The notes under the pieces: model-generated
Databases searched by the model: none
The model's input: the letters and a program-made list of their open reading frames with translations, nothing else
Told to the model about the DNA's origin: nothing
Source of the DNA: a virus
Taxonomy: Duplodnaviria > Caudoviricetes
IMG/VR virus record: IMGVR_UViG_3300036987_000202
Location: 7,253 to 71,252 of that record
Reading direction: 5' to 3' (one strand)
DNA length: 64,000 bases
Program-made: the position numbers and the translations under genes
In this document: positions 54,729-64,000 of the stretch, piece by piece
Position numbering within the stretch: position 1 is the first letter of the stretch
Layout: every line of letters begins with the position of its first letter

Positions 54729-54850
54729 GGTACGAGGATATCATCCTCTTCGATCTCCTCTATTTGTTCGTCAAATTCTCCGTTGGCAAAATTGCGCAGC
54801 GCTTCATTCTTTTCTTCATGGCTTTGCGTATTCGCTGAATGAGTGCCACA

Positions 54851-55333
54851 TCAATCCCCTCTCCGCGTCCGTTTCCGTTGTTCCACCAGGTACTCCGGCA
54901 TAATGCCCAGCTCCCCCAGGACCATCAGCATTGTGCGATCCCGCTTGTATTTCACGGGAATAAACTCATACAGTGGGTCATCCAGCGGGATACTGTCCGG
55001 CAGGAAGTCTATGGTCGCTAGAATAGTATCTTTACGAAACACCGGGCAGGTGCAGAGGGCAGGCTCCAGGCGGTTCACCAGGTCCTGCAGGACCCCCTTG
55101 GCAATCGCCCACCTGTCGCCTGCCACCATACCCACCTGATACCACATGACCTCCCCGCGGTCGATCATGAACTGGAGCAGGTGCTCCCGGCGCATCCGGT
55201 GATCACAAAGGTACACGGGGATCCGGCGACACCCCAGGGTCATCCTTCGATAGGTGTACATGGCGCACTCGCGTGGCGTTGATGAGTGGGGGTATTCATT
55301 CATCAGTGAGTGGCAGAGTTTTCCGTCAATCAT
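54851..55333 (-). CDS. Hypothetical protein, possibly with a premature stop
   Basis: 160 aa; the same frame stays open 41 more codons after the TGA. Confidence 0.5.
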   Translation of the reverse strand: MIDGKLCHSLMNEYPHSSTPRECAMYTYRRMTLGCRRIPVYLCDHRMRREHLLQFMIDRGEVMWYQVGMVAGDRWAIAKGVLQDLVNRLEPALCTCPVFRKDTILATIDFLPDSIPLDDPLYEFIPVKYKRDRTMLMVLGELGIMPEYLVEQRKRTRRGD

Positions 55334-55365
55334 AACCCCTTATTCTCTCCACTTTCCCCGCCCTG

Positions 55366-55473
55366 TCAATCACTTCCCAAATGCCTGTGTTTCAGGCCGC
55401 GGATGTAGGCACCGCCTATCCAGATCCCCAGGATCGCCAGGAAAAACCGCCCTATAACCTCCAGTCCATTCAT
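55366..55473 (-). CDS. 35-aa membrane peptide
   Basis: MNGLEVIGRFFLAILGIWIGGAYIRGLKHRHLGSD; ATGA overlap with the upstream peptide. Confidence 0.4.
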   Translation of the reverse strand: MNGLEVIGRFFLAILGIWIGGAYIRGLKHRHLGSD

Positions 55474-55562
55474 GCCAGTGGCCCCCCTCCTTCGCGTGAT
55501 ATGATCACCACCAGGAGCGCGACCAGGATTACCGCACACATGATCTGTGCCGGGATGTCCAT
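55470..55562 (-). CDS. 30-aa membrane peptide
   Basis: MDIPAQIMCAVILVALLVVIISREGGGPLA. Confidence 0.4.
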   Translation of the reverse strand: MDIPAQIMCAVILVALLVVIISREGGGPLA

Positions 55563-55566
55563 TGGG

Positions 55567-55995
55567 TTATCCTTTTATCTTCTCCAGGACGGGCTGCGGG
55601 GTGGCGTCCTCGGCCTCATCCTCGTCCTGCTGATCGTTACCCTCATCAACCGGTTGCTGCGTCCGTGCTTCCCGGGCCTTGCGTATCTCCTGGTCGAAGA
55701 TGTCAAACTGATCCTGGAGCCTCTTTTTGTCGTCAAGGTTGATCCTATCGAATGAGGAGTACACCGCGAACTCAGTCAGCCCCAGGACCCCGTATGCCGC
55801 CCTGATGCCCGCAGCGATATCGCGGTTTTCCCCGCCCGCCAGGTGCTCACACAGATAGGACCTGTTGCCGATGATCCCCTGTAAGAAAATCTCGCCTTGG
55901 CGCTCGGTCACCCACAGCGTCGTGCCGCCGGGGGCCAGGTAATACGATAACAGAAAGTCGTCTTTTCGTAGCTTTTCCACGTTCATCCTCTCCAC
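55567..55995 (-). CDS. Hypothetical protein
   Basis: 142 aa, acidic C-terminus, in operon. Confidence 0.55.
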   Translation of the reverse strand: MERMNVEKLRKDDFLLSYYLAPGGTTLWVTERQGEIFLQGIIGNRSYLCEHLAGGENRDIAAGIRAAYGVLGLTEFAVYSSFDRINLDDKKRLQDQFDIFDQEIRKAREARTQQPVDEGNDQQDEDEAEDATPQPVLEKIKG

Positions 55996-56065
55996 TTATA
56001 ATTTCCCGCAGATCGCCGCGGGGTACTGCCGTGGCCCAGGGCCTCTCCCAAGGCCCCGGGCCACC

Positions 56066-56359
56066 CTACCCTTCCACCTGTTGTTCAGGGGTCTTATTCT
56101 TGGTATCCACGCCCCCTTTTATGTACTGCGCCGCCGTGCTGTCGCTGGGTATGAGTGCATACACGGAGAGCATGACAGTTGTTACGCCGTTGATTGACAC
56201 CCTGGTCATCCCCAGGGCGTTCCACCGCCCGCCCGCGGCATCAATCTCAAAGAGCACCGTCACCAGGGGCAGCACACCCACCGCGGTGGTGGCATACCAG
56301 GCCCCGTCGGGGTGACGATACGCTTCCAGGATCCCGATGATCGCCTTAACAGTATCCAC
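56066..56359 (-). CDS. Hypothetical protein
   Basis: 97 aa, coupled to the upstream gene. Confidence 0.5.
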   Translation of the reverse strand: MDTVKAIIGILEAYRHPDGAWYATTAVGVLPLVTVLFEIDAAGGRWNALGMTRVSINGVTTVMLSVYALIPSDSTAAQYIKGGVDTKNKTPEQQVEG

Positions 56360-56636
56360 ACAGAGCCTCCCTCAATTCCATCCGTTGCCCCTCGCTCAAT
56401 CCCTCCAGGAACCGCTCCCAATTCCCCACGGACAACCTGACCGCCTTGGATACCATCAGCACATCGCTGGCAAAGCGGGTTTTCCGGTTCCAGGTGGACA
56501 GGGTGGCATACATCTGATCCATTTCAGTCGCTGGGACAAAGGGGTTGACTGAGCATATCAGGAGCCGGGTGTCACCGGCCTCGATACGCTCAAAGGTGCA
56601 GCCCGAGCGCAGGATAAATTCCATCGCCTCGGTCAA
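56346..56636 (-). CDS. Hypothetical protein
   Basis: 96 aa, overlaps the portal stop. Confidence 0.5.
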   Translation of the reverse strand: MTEAMEFILRSGCTFERIEAGDTRLLICSVNPFVPATEMDQMYATLSTWNRKTRFASDVLMVSKAVRLSVGNWERFLEGLSEGQRMELREALCGYC

Positions 56637-58321
56637 TGGATTATCGTCCTCGCTTTAATAAAGCGGAGAGCCTTCTGCATGGTGGCGTCCACATCATCCA
56701 TGGCCTCGTCAACGATGGAATCCATATCGTCTCCCTCCTCCTGGCCCGCAGCACTTGCGTCCTCGCCCTCGCTCGGGAAGCCGCCCATCTCATCGCCGCC
56801 TTCACCAGGCGCACCGCCCTCCTCGGACTGCTGCTGCATCTGCATATTCTGGACATGCTGATAATAGATGGAATTGAGCACGACCTCGCCCTTTTTATCC
56901 GGCAAGGGCGGCATGTCCGCCTCGGCGCGAATCTCATCTATAGTCATGTAGGATTCGACACGATCCTTGCGCTGCTTGATCTCGTTGTCCCGGTCCCGGG
57001 GATTGAGGCCCGTGTACTCAAAGACATACTTATCCTTCCATCGGGTCCTCTTGAGAATCTTATTCCAGACGTTCGCGTGCGCTCCCAAAAGATCGATCAG
57101 CCCGCGGTCCTTGGAGAACTTCATGCGGGAATCCTGGTTTTCATTGAGCACGTTGGTTGATGAGGAGAATTTCAGGCCCGCCTCCATAAGGTCGAAGCCA
57201 AACACGGAACCGATGAGGCTTGCGGTGAACTCCAGGTACTTCTGGTACTCCATTTCCCGGGCACTCTTATTCATATCGAGCACCTGGACATCGCTGTTAA
57301 ATAACGGGATGCGGAATGCCGCCTTGGTGCCGTTGAAATTAGCCATCCACTCCTCTTGCATGGCCGAGAGCTGTTCCGTGGAAAAACCCCCTTGCTTGAA
57401 CGCCAGGGCTATTTTAGGGAGGGACCCGAAACTAAAATTATCCTGGTTGTATGCCATGGCATAGAGAAACGCCGTAATCACGGACATGGCCTGCTCCAGG
57501 GGAGAGTAGCCGAATCCCCGGTGGCGCACGTCCACCCGTCGCTGCATGAAATCGTACACAAGGTCCTGCCGCTTGAACCCCGCGGTCAGCCGCCCCGCGA
57601 TCTCCTGGACAAAGCGGATCTCTTTCACGTCCTCGGGCACCAGGTCCAGGCGGGCCGCCAGGATTTTCATGTCCGGGTCATCGTTGGACAGATACGCCCG
57701 CGGGTCGAAATCGGTGCGCTTGCCCTTATACCCTGTGGGGTAGACCCGTTTGATGGTCGCCCCGTCCAGCATCCAGAAATCCACCAGCTCGCCCTTGCGG
57801 TCGGTGCGCAGCTCCACGGCCACCTTATCGATGGTCAGGTACTCCCGGGCCATCTGAATGTTCACGTCATGGAATGAATCCTCGCGCTCCTCCCAGTCCT
57901 CAAAATCGGTACGCCCGCAGTTGGTAAACCAGTCGGTAATCTCCTGCATTTCCTTTTTGTCAGCCTTGGTGGGGGTGTATTCGGGGTCCTTGGTCCTGAT
58001 CCTCCAGCCCGGCAGGTCATCGCTCTCCTGGGGCGAGGTAAAGGCCCTGAGCTGGCGGCACCTGGTATTGATGATCAGCGACACGATGGGGTTTTTGTGC
58101 TCGATCTGGCGAAGGATGCGGTCCTCGATGAAAAACATCCCTTCCTTGATTCCGCGGTCGCTATACAGCGAGTACTGGTCCTCCAGGAGTCCCCGGGTGG
58201 GGTGGATCACCCCGGGGGTTTTCATGGGGTCCTGGGCCTTGGCAAGCAGGCCGATACTTTGTTGCAACGCCTCCTGTGAAATATCGGGGAACGTCGTGGT
58301 CACACTGGCAAGCTCGTTCAT
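56633..58321 (-). CDS. Portal protein
   Basis: LDGATI, GFGYSPLEQA, YMTIDEIRAE motifs; probable start MNELAS at 58321. Confidence 0.9.
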   Translation of the reverse strand: MNELASVTTTFPDISQEALQQSIGLLAKAQDPMKTPGVIHPTRGLLEDQYSLYSDRGIKEGMFFIEDRILRQIEHKNPIVSLIINTRCRQLRAFTSPQESDDLPGWRIRTKDPEYTPTKADKKEMQEITDWFTNCGRTDFEDWEEREDSFHDVNIQMAREYLTIDKVAVELRTDRKGELVDFWMLDGATIKRVYPTGYKGKRTDFDPRAYLSNDDPDMKILAARLDLVPEDVKEIRFVQEIAGRLTAGFKRQDLVYDFMQRRVDVRHRGFGYSPLEQAMSVITAFLYAMAYNQDNFSFGSLPKIALAFKQGGFSTEQLSAMQEEWMANFNGTKAAFRIPLFNSDVQVLDMNKSAREMEYQKYLEFTASLIGSVFGFDLMEAGLKFSSSTNVLNENQDSRMKFSKDRGLIDLLGAHANVWNKILKRTRWKDKYVFEYTGLNPRDRDNEIKQRKDRVESYMTIDEIRAEADMPPLPDKKGEVVLNSIYYQHVQNMQMQQQSEEGGAPGEGGDEMGGFPSEGEDASAAGQEEGDDMDSIVDEAMDDVDATMQKALRFIKARTIIH

Positions 58322-58326
58322 CGTTA

Positions 58327-58740
58327 CTACCTCTGTCCTCGGGGTTTCCACCGTCTGCGTGCAGACCTGTTTCGCTCCCGCTCACACTCCCGGCAATAGG
58401 TGCGCAATATATATTTGGTGCGCGTGTAATCCAGCTTCCAACCAAACGCATACGAGGGCAGCTCCAGGTTACAATCACAGCACCGCTTTGTTTCCTGGTT
58501 CTCCCTCGGCAGGTCGGCATAATGCCCGTTACTGACCGTCTTAAAGACCTCGCTCTTTTCCTGGGCCTCCTTTGCTTGCCGTGCCAACTCCATATCCCGG
58601 TAGCTTTTGGCAATCAGGCGGTGCATCACCTCGCTGGCCGGGGGTGGGGCAATTTCCTTGAATCCGCTGACCATCAGTTCTCTCCTCGCTGCCGCCGGGA
58701 AATCACCCCGATGGGTTTGGTGGGGAATAGTATCTCGCAC
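58327..58740 (-). CDS. Cys-rich zinc-binding hypothetical protein
   Basis: KRCCDCN...YCRECERE; between terminase and portal. Confidence 0.5.
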   Translation of the reverse strand: MRDTIPHQTHRGDFPAAARRELMVSGFKEIAPPPASEVMHRLIAKSYRDMELARQAKEAQEKSEVFKTVSNGHYADLPRENQETKRCCDCNLELPSYAFGWKLDYTRTKYILRTYCRECERERNRSARRRWKPRGQR

Positions 58741-60101
58741 AGCCCGGCGAGGCTGTCCGGCGCATCGTCATGGTCGGCCAGCTCGTAGTAATCGAGGACC
58801 TGGCCCATGTAAGTTTCGGTGATCCCTACGGAAAACCGCAGGGAGCTCCAGTTTTTCAGCACCGCGTCGGTGATGCGCAGGAACTTGTTTTTCACCGTCC
58901 GTTTCTCGTTGACCCACAGGTTGCGGCGGCGCAGCTCGTATGCTACAGCTCCCTCATCTTTGTTGATTTCCACATAGAGGGCGCTCACGTTATGCTGCTT
59001 ACACAGGGCCTCGATGCGGTCATAGCTTTTGTCGATGGTGGACCGCCACAGGTATCCCGCCAGGATAAAGACCAGCTCCCCGGCCTTGGCCCCTATGGTC
59101 AGGGCGCAGAAATCGCTCGTTTCTCCCTCGCTGTACGCGGGGTCCAGGTAGGCGATAATATTGGAAATCGCTGCGGGCGGCTCGTCATAGGTAGGCTCGG
59201 GGAATAGCAGGTTTTCGGTGTTTTTGGGCCTCTGTTGATACTGAGCGGCCCACACCCGCGGCCCCACCTCATCGCGCAGCTCGGCCAGGGCTTTCTCATC
59301 GTACTCCGTGGGCCACAGGGCCACCCCGTCATCACGCCCCAGGGGGTCCCCTTTCCCGGGGGTCGCCGCGGCCAGGGCGGGCAGTTCCAGTATTTCCCAG
59401 CGGCCATGATCCCGGTCGCGCTCCATGATCCTGGCAGCCAGGTCGTTTTCATTCCAGCGGTGCATACAGATCGCCACCGCCCCGCCCTTGTGGAGCCGGG
59501 TGATAAACCCCCGATACCACTCCCATAGGTGCTCCAGGCGCGTCTTGGATCTCGCTTCTTCCCAATCCTTAATCGGGTCATCAATGATGCCGAAATCCGC
59601 CCCGCGCCCGTAGATCGGTCCCCCCACCCCGCAGGCAATCACGGTCCCGCCCTCGGTTGTGGAGTAGCGCTTGGCAGCCCGTGCCTGGTCGCTCAACTCA
59701 GTGGTGAACAGTTCTTTGTATTCGCTTGATTGCATTAGGTTGATTTGATACCTTGAAAAATCCTCTGCCAGGTCTGCCCCGTAACTGGCCAGAATCATGC
59801 TGGCCCTGGGGTTGCGCCCCAGGATCCAGGGCGGGAAAAGGCGTGAGACACAGTAGCTTTTCCCATGGCGCGGCGGCATTGAGATAAAGAGCCGTTTGAT
59901 CTCGCCGCGGTGAAACGCCTCCAGGCGCTCGGTAATAAGCTGCACATGGGGCGCATTAGCGAACTTCGCCAGGTACAGCGGATCACAGTGCATCCCAAAC
60001 AAGTGGAGCTTTTCCCTGCATCCAGAGCGGATAATCTCATCATGGTGTTCCCTGACATAGTGCTCAGATATCTCGCCTGTCGGTATTGATTGCATTTCCA
60101 C
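58674..60101 (-). CDS. terL: Terminase large subunit
   Basis: ISMPPRHGKS Walker A, IIDDPIKD Walker B, nuclease YLDPA and HDDAPDSL. Confidence 0.95.
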   Translation of the reverse strand: MEMQSIPTGEISEHYVREHHDEIIRSGCREKLHLFGMHCDPLYLAKFANAPHVQLITERLEAFHRGEIKRLFISMPPRHGKSYCVSRLFPPWILGRNPRASMILASYGADLAEDFSRYQINLMQSSEYKELFTTELSDQARAAKRYSTTEGGTVIACGVGGPIYGRGADFGIIDDPIKDWEEARSKTRLEHLWEWYRGFITRLHKGGAVAICMHRWNENDLAARIMERDRDHGRWEILELPALAAATPGKGDPLGRDDGVALWPTEYDEKALAELRDEVGPRVWAAQYQQRPKNTENLLFPEPTYDEPPAAISNIIAYLDPAYSEGETSDFCALTIGAKAGELVFILAGYLWRSTIDKSYDRIEALCKQHNVSALYVEINKDEGAVAYELRRRNLWVNEKRTVKNKFLRITDAVLKNWSSLRFSVGITETYMGQVLDYYELADHDDAPDSLAGLCEILFPTKPIGVISRRQRGEN

Positions 60102-60573
60102 GGTGTTTTATCAGCTCTGCCGCTATTTCGTTGATTAAATGCTGGGGGAGCATCATCTCTACGGTCCTTTCGACCAGTTTGATCTTGCCTTCCCCCTCAT
60201 CAGGCACGCCATTTTTTGCAATCGCCTGGTCGCCGTAGGTCTTGGGCCAGCGTACTTTCAATGACCAGGCTTTTGCCGTCCAGCTCGGGTCCCGGGAAAT
60301 CTCGTTCAAGAGCTTTTCCTGCACCTTTAATCCCGCCTCCTGGACATCCTCCAAAAATTCCAAAAATTCCCTATTCTCCTCACCGCCTTCCTTCGCCCGT
60401 AGCAGCCAGTTATAATACGTTGACTCGGAAATCCCCGCATACTCACAGCAGGCATGGATCGGCAGCTTACGATGATACGCATGGAGAAACCGCTCCTTGG
60501 ACCCCTGGGTCAGCTTCGCTTTGCGCCCCCTGGGTGACTTTTTTCCCTTGGCCTTCACGACAGCACGGCTCAT
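60064..60573 (-). CDS. terS: Terminase small subunit
   Basis: HTH ACCEYAGISESTYYNWL; WTAKAW...RWPKTYG; overlaps terL. Confidence 0.8.
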   Translation of the reverse strand: MSRAVVKAKGKKSPRGRKAKLTQGSKERFLHAYHRKLPIHACCEYAGISESTYYNWLLRAKEGGEENREFLEFLEDVQEAGLKVQEKLLNEISRDPSWTAKAWSLKVRWPKTYGDQAIAKNGVPDEGEGKIKLVERTVEMMLPQHLINEIAAELIKHRGNAINTDRRDI

Positions 60574-60794
60574 GCACTTCTCCTCCGCTTACTTTTCTTC
60601 TCCAGGTCCACCAGGACCATCCGTACCACCTCGCCCTTGTCGTTGGTGACAAACTCCGCGAAGCCCTGCCGTACATATCCCAGGACCCGCTTCTGCATAG
60701 CCTTGGGGCTGATGCCCAGGCGTTGTGCAGCCTTTTGGACCCGCGCCTGGTGCTCCTGGGAATAGCGTACCCGTACTGTTCGTTTCATCGCCAT
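60570..60794 (-). CDS. Small DNA-binding-like protein
   Basis: MAMKRTVRVRYS...AAQRLGISP, ribbon-helix-helix-like. Confidence 0.4.
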   Translation of the reverse strand: MAMKRTVRVRYSQEHQARVQKAAQRLGISPKAMQKRVLGYVRQGFAEFVTNDKGEVVRMVLVDLEKKSKRRRSA

Positions 60795-60798
60795 CGCC

Positions 60799-60993
60799 TT
60801 ATCCCTGTTTGTACCGCCCCCGCAGCGCAGGGCGCTTTTTCTGCTTTCCGCACCGTTCGCATACCAACGTCCCGACGCCTCCCCACCACTCATGGCCGGA
60901 GATCTTGGCATCGTACCTGGCCCGGTAATACCACCCCAGGATCCAGCACCAGGGGCGCTTCCACGCATCCAGGTTAACCTTGGGCAGTTTCAT
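60799..60993 (-). CDS. Small hypothetical protein
   Basis: 64 aa with CERCG. Confidence 0.4.
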   Translation of the reverse strand: MKLPKVNLDAWKRPWCWILGWYYRARYDAKISGHEWWGGVGTLVCERCGKQKKRPALRGRYKQG

Positions 60994-61309
60994 GGACCTG
61001 CTCCTGGGCGGGATTGGGCTGCACCACGTCGTCTGGTTCCGTACCCGCGGTGGGTGGCTCCGGCGTGTCGGCAGGTTTCTTCTTCCCCTTCCCTGCCTTG
61101 TCCCGGTAGGGGTTGGGCGTGGATACCGGCATCATCTCACCACCGTCCATTTCCATGGTAATCACGTCCTCGCACTTCTCGGGGTGCATGATTGCCAGGG
61201 CGTTCCATATCCGGCAAAGCTGGACGAATCCCTGGTTTTTAAGGCTTATCGCATAGGACACCATGGGCCACAGTCTCGTCTGTTCCTCGAAAAACTCCTT
61301 GAATTGCAT
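60974..61309 (-). CDS. Hypothetical protein
   Basis: Start MQFKEFF at 61309 overlapping the upstream stop. Confidence 0.5.
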   Translation of the reverse strand: MQFKEFFEEQTRLWPMVSYAISLKNQGFVQLCRIWNALAIMHPEKCEDVITMEMDGGEMMPVSTPNPYRDKAGKGKKKPADTPEPPTAGTEPDDVVQPNPAQEQVHETAQG

Positions 61310-61653
61310 TAATGCACACCTCCGATCTGCCTGGAATATTTGAAATAGAAGTCCATGGCGGGTGCAGGCACAAGACTCACCTTGCGCGGTTCGTAGGCAT
61401 CCATCATGGGGATCAGCTTTTTGCTTCTGCACAGCGTAATCAACTCCCGTCCCGTCACGGGCAAGACATGGGGGTTTTTCTGCGGGGGCAGATTGGCAAG
61501 CATTTCATACTTAAACCTATGCTCCATCGCCTGAATCCGTTGATACTCCTCCAGGTCCTCCTTCGACAGCTTCCGCTGATCATCGGAGAAGTAGACCATG
61601 TAAAACTCGTCCAGGTCGATGTATTTGCCAAATACCAACTCCCTTGCCATCAC
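61309..61653 (-). CDS. Hypothetical protein
   Basis: 114 aa with GGGGAG RBS. Confidence 0.55.
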   Translation of the reverse strand: MMARELVFGKYIDLDEFYMVYFSDDQRKLSKEDLEEYQRIQAMEHRFKYEMLANLPPQKNPHVLPVTGRELITLCRSKKLIPMMDAYEPRKVSLVPAPAMDFYFKYSRQIGGVH

Positions 61654-61726
61654 TCCCCCTATACCAGCCCCCGCCGGATAGTAAACTCCGTCCGTCGTAT
61701 GATGACGGCTACTTTCGTCACCTCAC

Positions 61727-62185
61727 TCATTTACGTCCTCCCGCCAAATACCCTGATATTTTTCCGTCTTTTGAATCGAACCGCTTGGATACCCACCCCG
61801 CCCTGTGTTTCAGCGCCTCAAAGAACTGGAGAAGCTGGGTGGTGGTGGCATGAATCCGCTGCACCCCCTCGGCAATATCGAACGTCACGGAATCTACGTC
61901 AGCCGCCATGTCACGGTAGTAGTGGTATGCTGCACGGTTGCTTTTAATGGTCCCCTGGAGCTTCGCAATCTCCCCGTCATGCTTATCCTGGAGATCCCGC
62001 ATCTCTCCCTTCCAGTATGCGTCCCGCTCCTCGATGAGCGTGCGGTGCTCATTCATCAGCTTTACCCGGTCCCGCTGGTGGATCGCCACCAGGGAACGCT
62101 CATGGGCCAGGAGCTTTCGATATCCCCGTTTACGCTCCCGGGTGCGAATTGCCATGATCAGCGACAGCAGCTTGGGCATTTTCAT
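61727..62185 (-). CDS. Coiled-coil hypothetical protein
   Basis: 152 aa heptad-like. Confidence 0.55.
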   Translation of the reverse strand: MKMPKLLSLIMAIRTRERKRGYRKLLAHERSLVAIHQRDRVKLMNEHRTLIEERDAYWKGEMRDLQDKHDGEIAKLQGTIKSNRAAYHYYRDMAADVDSVTFDIAEGVQRIHATTTQLLQFFEALKHRAGWVSKRFDSKDGKISGYLAGGRK

Positions 62186-62540
62186 CAGGGGTCCTCTTGG
62201 ATGGATGGCTCTGCGGCACGCGGCAGCCGTTAAATCCTTCCTGCTGTAAGAGTGCTTTCGACAGGTCCACCCCGCAGATCATCGATACCAGGGCCAGGCG
62301 GGTGAGGATCATCGTCATGTGGGTTGACACGACCGCAAAAAGCTCACGGTCCCCGGCGAGAGAGTCAGACAGTGCCATATCCCCGGGGCGCTGCATGATG
62401 ATCTCCGTCAGGGCCTCCAGGTGGTGCTGCATCACGCGCACATGGTTTTTTGACGTGTGATAGACCTTCCACATCCGTTTTTCACGGGCCTGGAGCGACC
62501 ACCTTGTTATCTGCCCTATGGTTACCGAGTCGTCTACCAT
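62130..62540 (-). CDS. Helical hypothetical protein
   Basis: ORF in operon; exact start uncertain. Confidence 0.45.
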   Translation of the reverse strand: MVDDSVTIGQITRWSLQAREKRMWKVYHTSKNHVRVMQHHLEALTEIIMQRPGDMALSDSLAGDRELFAVVSTHMTMILTRLALVSMICGVDLSKALLQQEGFNGCRVPQSHPSKRTPDENAQAAVADHGNSHPGA

Positions 62541-62662
62541 CAGTCTTTTTCCGTTCCTGGAACTTCTTCATCACCTCCAGCACGTCGGTTTCACAGATGT
62601 GCTCCCGTCCGTCCTGGCTGGTGTATTTATCGCGCATGAACTTTCTCACGCCGCGGGGTATC

Positions 62663-62827
62663 CTATCGCGGCACTTTAAAGCCGCTGTGCTTCATGGCCT
62701 TTTTATACCGTTTCCACTCAAGGCGGTAAAACGGGGATGAACTCAGCCGGTCCTGCCCCCTGGCCCCGTTATCGGCCAGGAGCACATCGAGGGCCGCTCT
62801 CAGCTTCTTGGTCCTGCGTCCGCACAT
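62663..62827 (-). CDS. Small hypothetical protein
   Basis: Start MCGRR at 62827 after a GGAGG-like RBS. Confidence 0.4.
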   Translation of the reverse strand: MCGRRTKKLRAALDVLLADNGARGQDRLSSSPFYRLEWKRYKKAMKHSGFKVPR

Positions 62828-62831
62828 GCCC

Positions 62832-63074
62832 CTACCTCCGTCCTCTGCGCCCGTAGCGGGCGATGTTGTCCTGGTCCACGACCTCCTGGTGCCCTCCCCC
62901 CATCTCCAGCACGTCCAGGCGCAGCTCATGGAATACCCGCTGCTGATCGATGAGGCTTTGCCTGGCCAGGCCGATCACCACGGCAACCGCCAGGAGTACC
63001 ACCAGGTTCACCGCCACCAGTCCCGCCATCCAGGGAACGCGGGGTCGTCCAATCAGCACCTTTAACCCTGGCAT
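62832..63074 (-). CDS. Small single-TM protein
   Basis: Start MPGLK at 63074; TM segment LVAVNLVVLLAVAVVIGLA. Confidence 0.5.
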   Translation of the reverse strand: MPGLKVLIGRPRVPWMAGLVAVNLVVLLAVAVVIGLARQSLIDQQRVFHELRLDVLEMGGGHQEVVDQDNIARYGRRGRR

Positions 63075-63394
63075 ATCCGCGCCTCCCTGGAGCGCTTGGC
63101 CTGGGCGTCCTTGGACCGCGGCGCGATCCCGCGGGTCCGGCAAAACTCGATCTCGCCCGGGGTGCCCGAAAGCACCGGCAGCCCGTGGGCCTGGCCCGCG
63201 TGACTGCCATTACATGCTTCGCAGGCGTGTTTGATGTTGTCCTGGTGATCCAGCCAGTTCACGCCGTCGAAGCGATTCCTGGCCCCGTAAAGCCTGCGGT
63301 TGACCTGGGTATTGGGGAATACATGGTGCCGCTGGGTCGCCGGTCGCTTCCCACAGCACTCACACATCCTGATTATCCTGGGGCGCTGGTTCAT
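63062..63394 (-). CDS. HNH endonuclease-like protein
   Basis: CECCG...QRHHVFP...NIKHACEACN..H; near the terminase genes. Confidence 0.7.
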   Translation of the reverse strand: MNQRPRIIRMCECCGKRPATQRHHVFPNTQVNRRLYGARNRFDGVNWLDHQDNIKHACEACNGSHAGQAHGLPVLSGTPGEIEFCRTRGIAPRSKDAQAKRSREARICQG

Positions 63395-63397
63395 GGG

Positions 63398-63637
63398 TTA
63401 CGCGGTGATTTTCTGCCGGGATTGCCATTCATGCCGCGCCACCACCATATCCCTGAGTCTCCTTGTCAGGCGGCTGCGCTTTTCCTGGATGAACGCATAC
63501 TCTTTCTCGATATCGATACCCGACAGCTCATCCCGGCATATGGGGAGCGGTTCTAATTGGAATTGTTTTCCTGTGTGTCGGTCCCGCGGATATATGATCC
63601 GCTTGTTGTACCCGTTGAATGGGAAACGATGACTCAT
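63398..63637 (-). CDS. Small hypothetical protein
   Basis: 79 aa, ATGA-coupled. Confidence 0.5.
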   Translation of the reverse strand: MSHRFPFNGYNKRIIYPRDRHTGKQFQLEPLPICRDELSGIDIEKEYAFIQEKRSRLTRRLRDMVVARHEWQSRQKITA

Positions 63638-63891
63638 TGCAGGTTCCTGGCGGCGCTGCGGGTCATGCCGGTAAACGCGGCGCTTGCGCGGGAGACATTA
63701 CGTACCAGCCGCCGGTTGACGTGGGCACGGTAAAGTCCCTTCATCCAGGCCATGAGCAGCAGGAGAAGAGGGAACAACAGCAGGCACAGTATGGCGTTCA
63801 CGATCAGATCAATAATGAGCTGAGACATGGGCATCCTCCCTTGTTGTAGCGACCCTCGGGTCAAAATGACCCATGGGTGCGTCGTTCTCAC
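63634..63891 (-). CDS. Small membrane protein
   Basis: Hydrophobic stretch LIIDLIVNAILCLLLFPLLLLLM; start may be downstream of the track start. Confidence 0.5.
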   Translation of the reverse strand: MRTTHPWVILTRGSLQQGRMPMSQLIIDLIVNAILCLLLFPLLLLLMAWMKGLYRAHVNRRLVRNVSRASAAFTGMTRSAARNLQ

Positions 63892-64000
63892 TGACGACCT
63901 GGCGGTACTCCTCGTACTGCCCGCTATCCAGGGACAGCCCGAACTCGGCCAGGTACTCCATGCAGTTGTTGATGAACGTGATCATCTCATCCTTGGTAAA

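Larger units (their letters stand above)
1322..64000 (-). mobile_element. Large myovirus-type phage/prophage late region (packaging, head, tail, lysis); boundaries not resolved
   Basis: Co-oriented, tightly packed minus-strand genes in canonical order with recognisable terminase, portal, protease, capsid, sheath, tube and baseplate motifs. No integrase or att site seen in the window. Confidence 0.95.

Noticed and set aside
54560-54853. Stop-codon reassignment (TAG or TGA)
   Set aside because: Only two local in-frame stops, next to a frameshifted pseudogene. Elsewhere TGA, TAG and TAA end genes normally, often with ATGA overlaps.
63800-64000. Partial minus-strand ORF with a NinB-like end (EMITFINNCMEYLAEFG)
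   Set aside because: It is cut by the window edge and too short to assign.
1-64000. tRNA, rRNA, CRISPR array, integrase, transposase
   Set aside because: None recognised by eye; a dedicated scan could still find small RNAs.

Overview
Almost the whole window is the late region of a large, GC-rich, contractile-tailed (myovirus-type) phage or prophage, read on the minus strand from right to left. The order is: small genes with an HNH, terminase small and large subunits, portal, a plus-strand AT-rich island, a head-morphogenesis gene, a 14-kb block of giant polyvalent proteins (JAB/zincin, DarB-like MTase-helicase, clamp-like, LPD1-like), prohead protease, scaffold, major capsid, neck, sheath, tube, chaperones, tape measure, baseplate, tail fibre, two beta-propeller proteins and a lysis cassette. 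A toxin-antitoxin pair, a 55-bp palindrome and 11-bp-period repeats lie at the left end. The island (about 45.2-54.5 kb) holds a Type ISP restriction-modification enzyme and two integron-like cassettes with no integrase in the window. An RT-deleted group II intron sits in the attC core between the cassettes, and the island's right end cuts a phage Dam-like pseudogene. The main leads are: (1) a shared N-terminal domain and a hydrophobic-x-K-A motif that tie the giant proteins to the capsid maturation machinery, (2) the cassette/intron island, and (3) a +1/-2 frameshift at an A9 run in the tail chaperone gene. All family assignments come from motifs recognised by eye; no database searches were run. 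A spirochaete host is only inferred from the style of the attC repeat.
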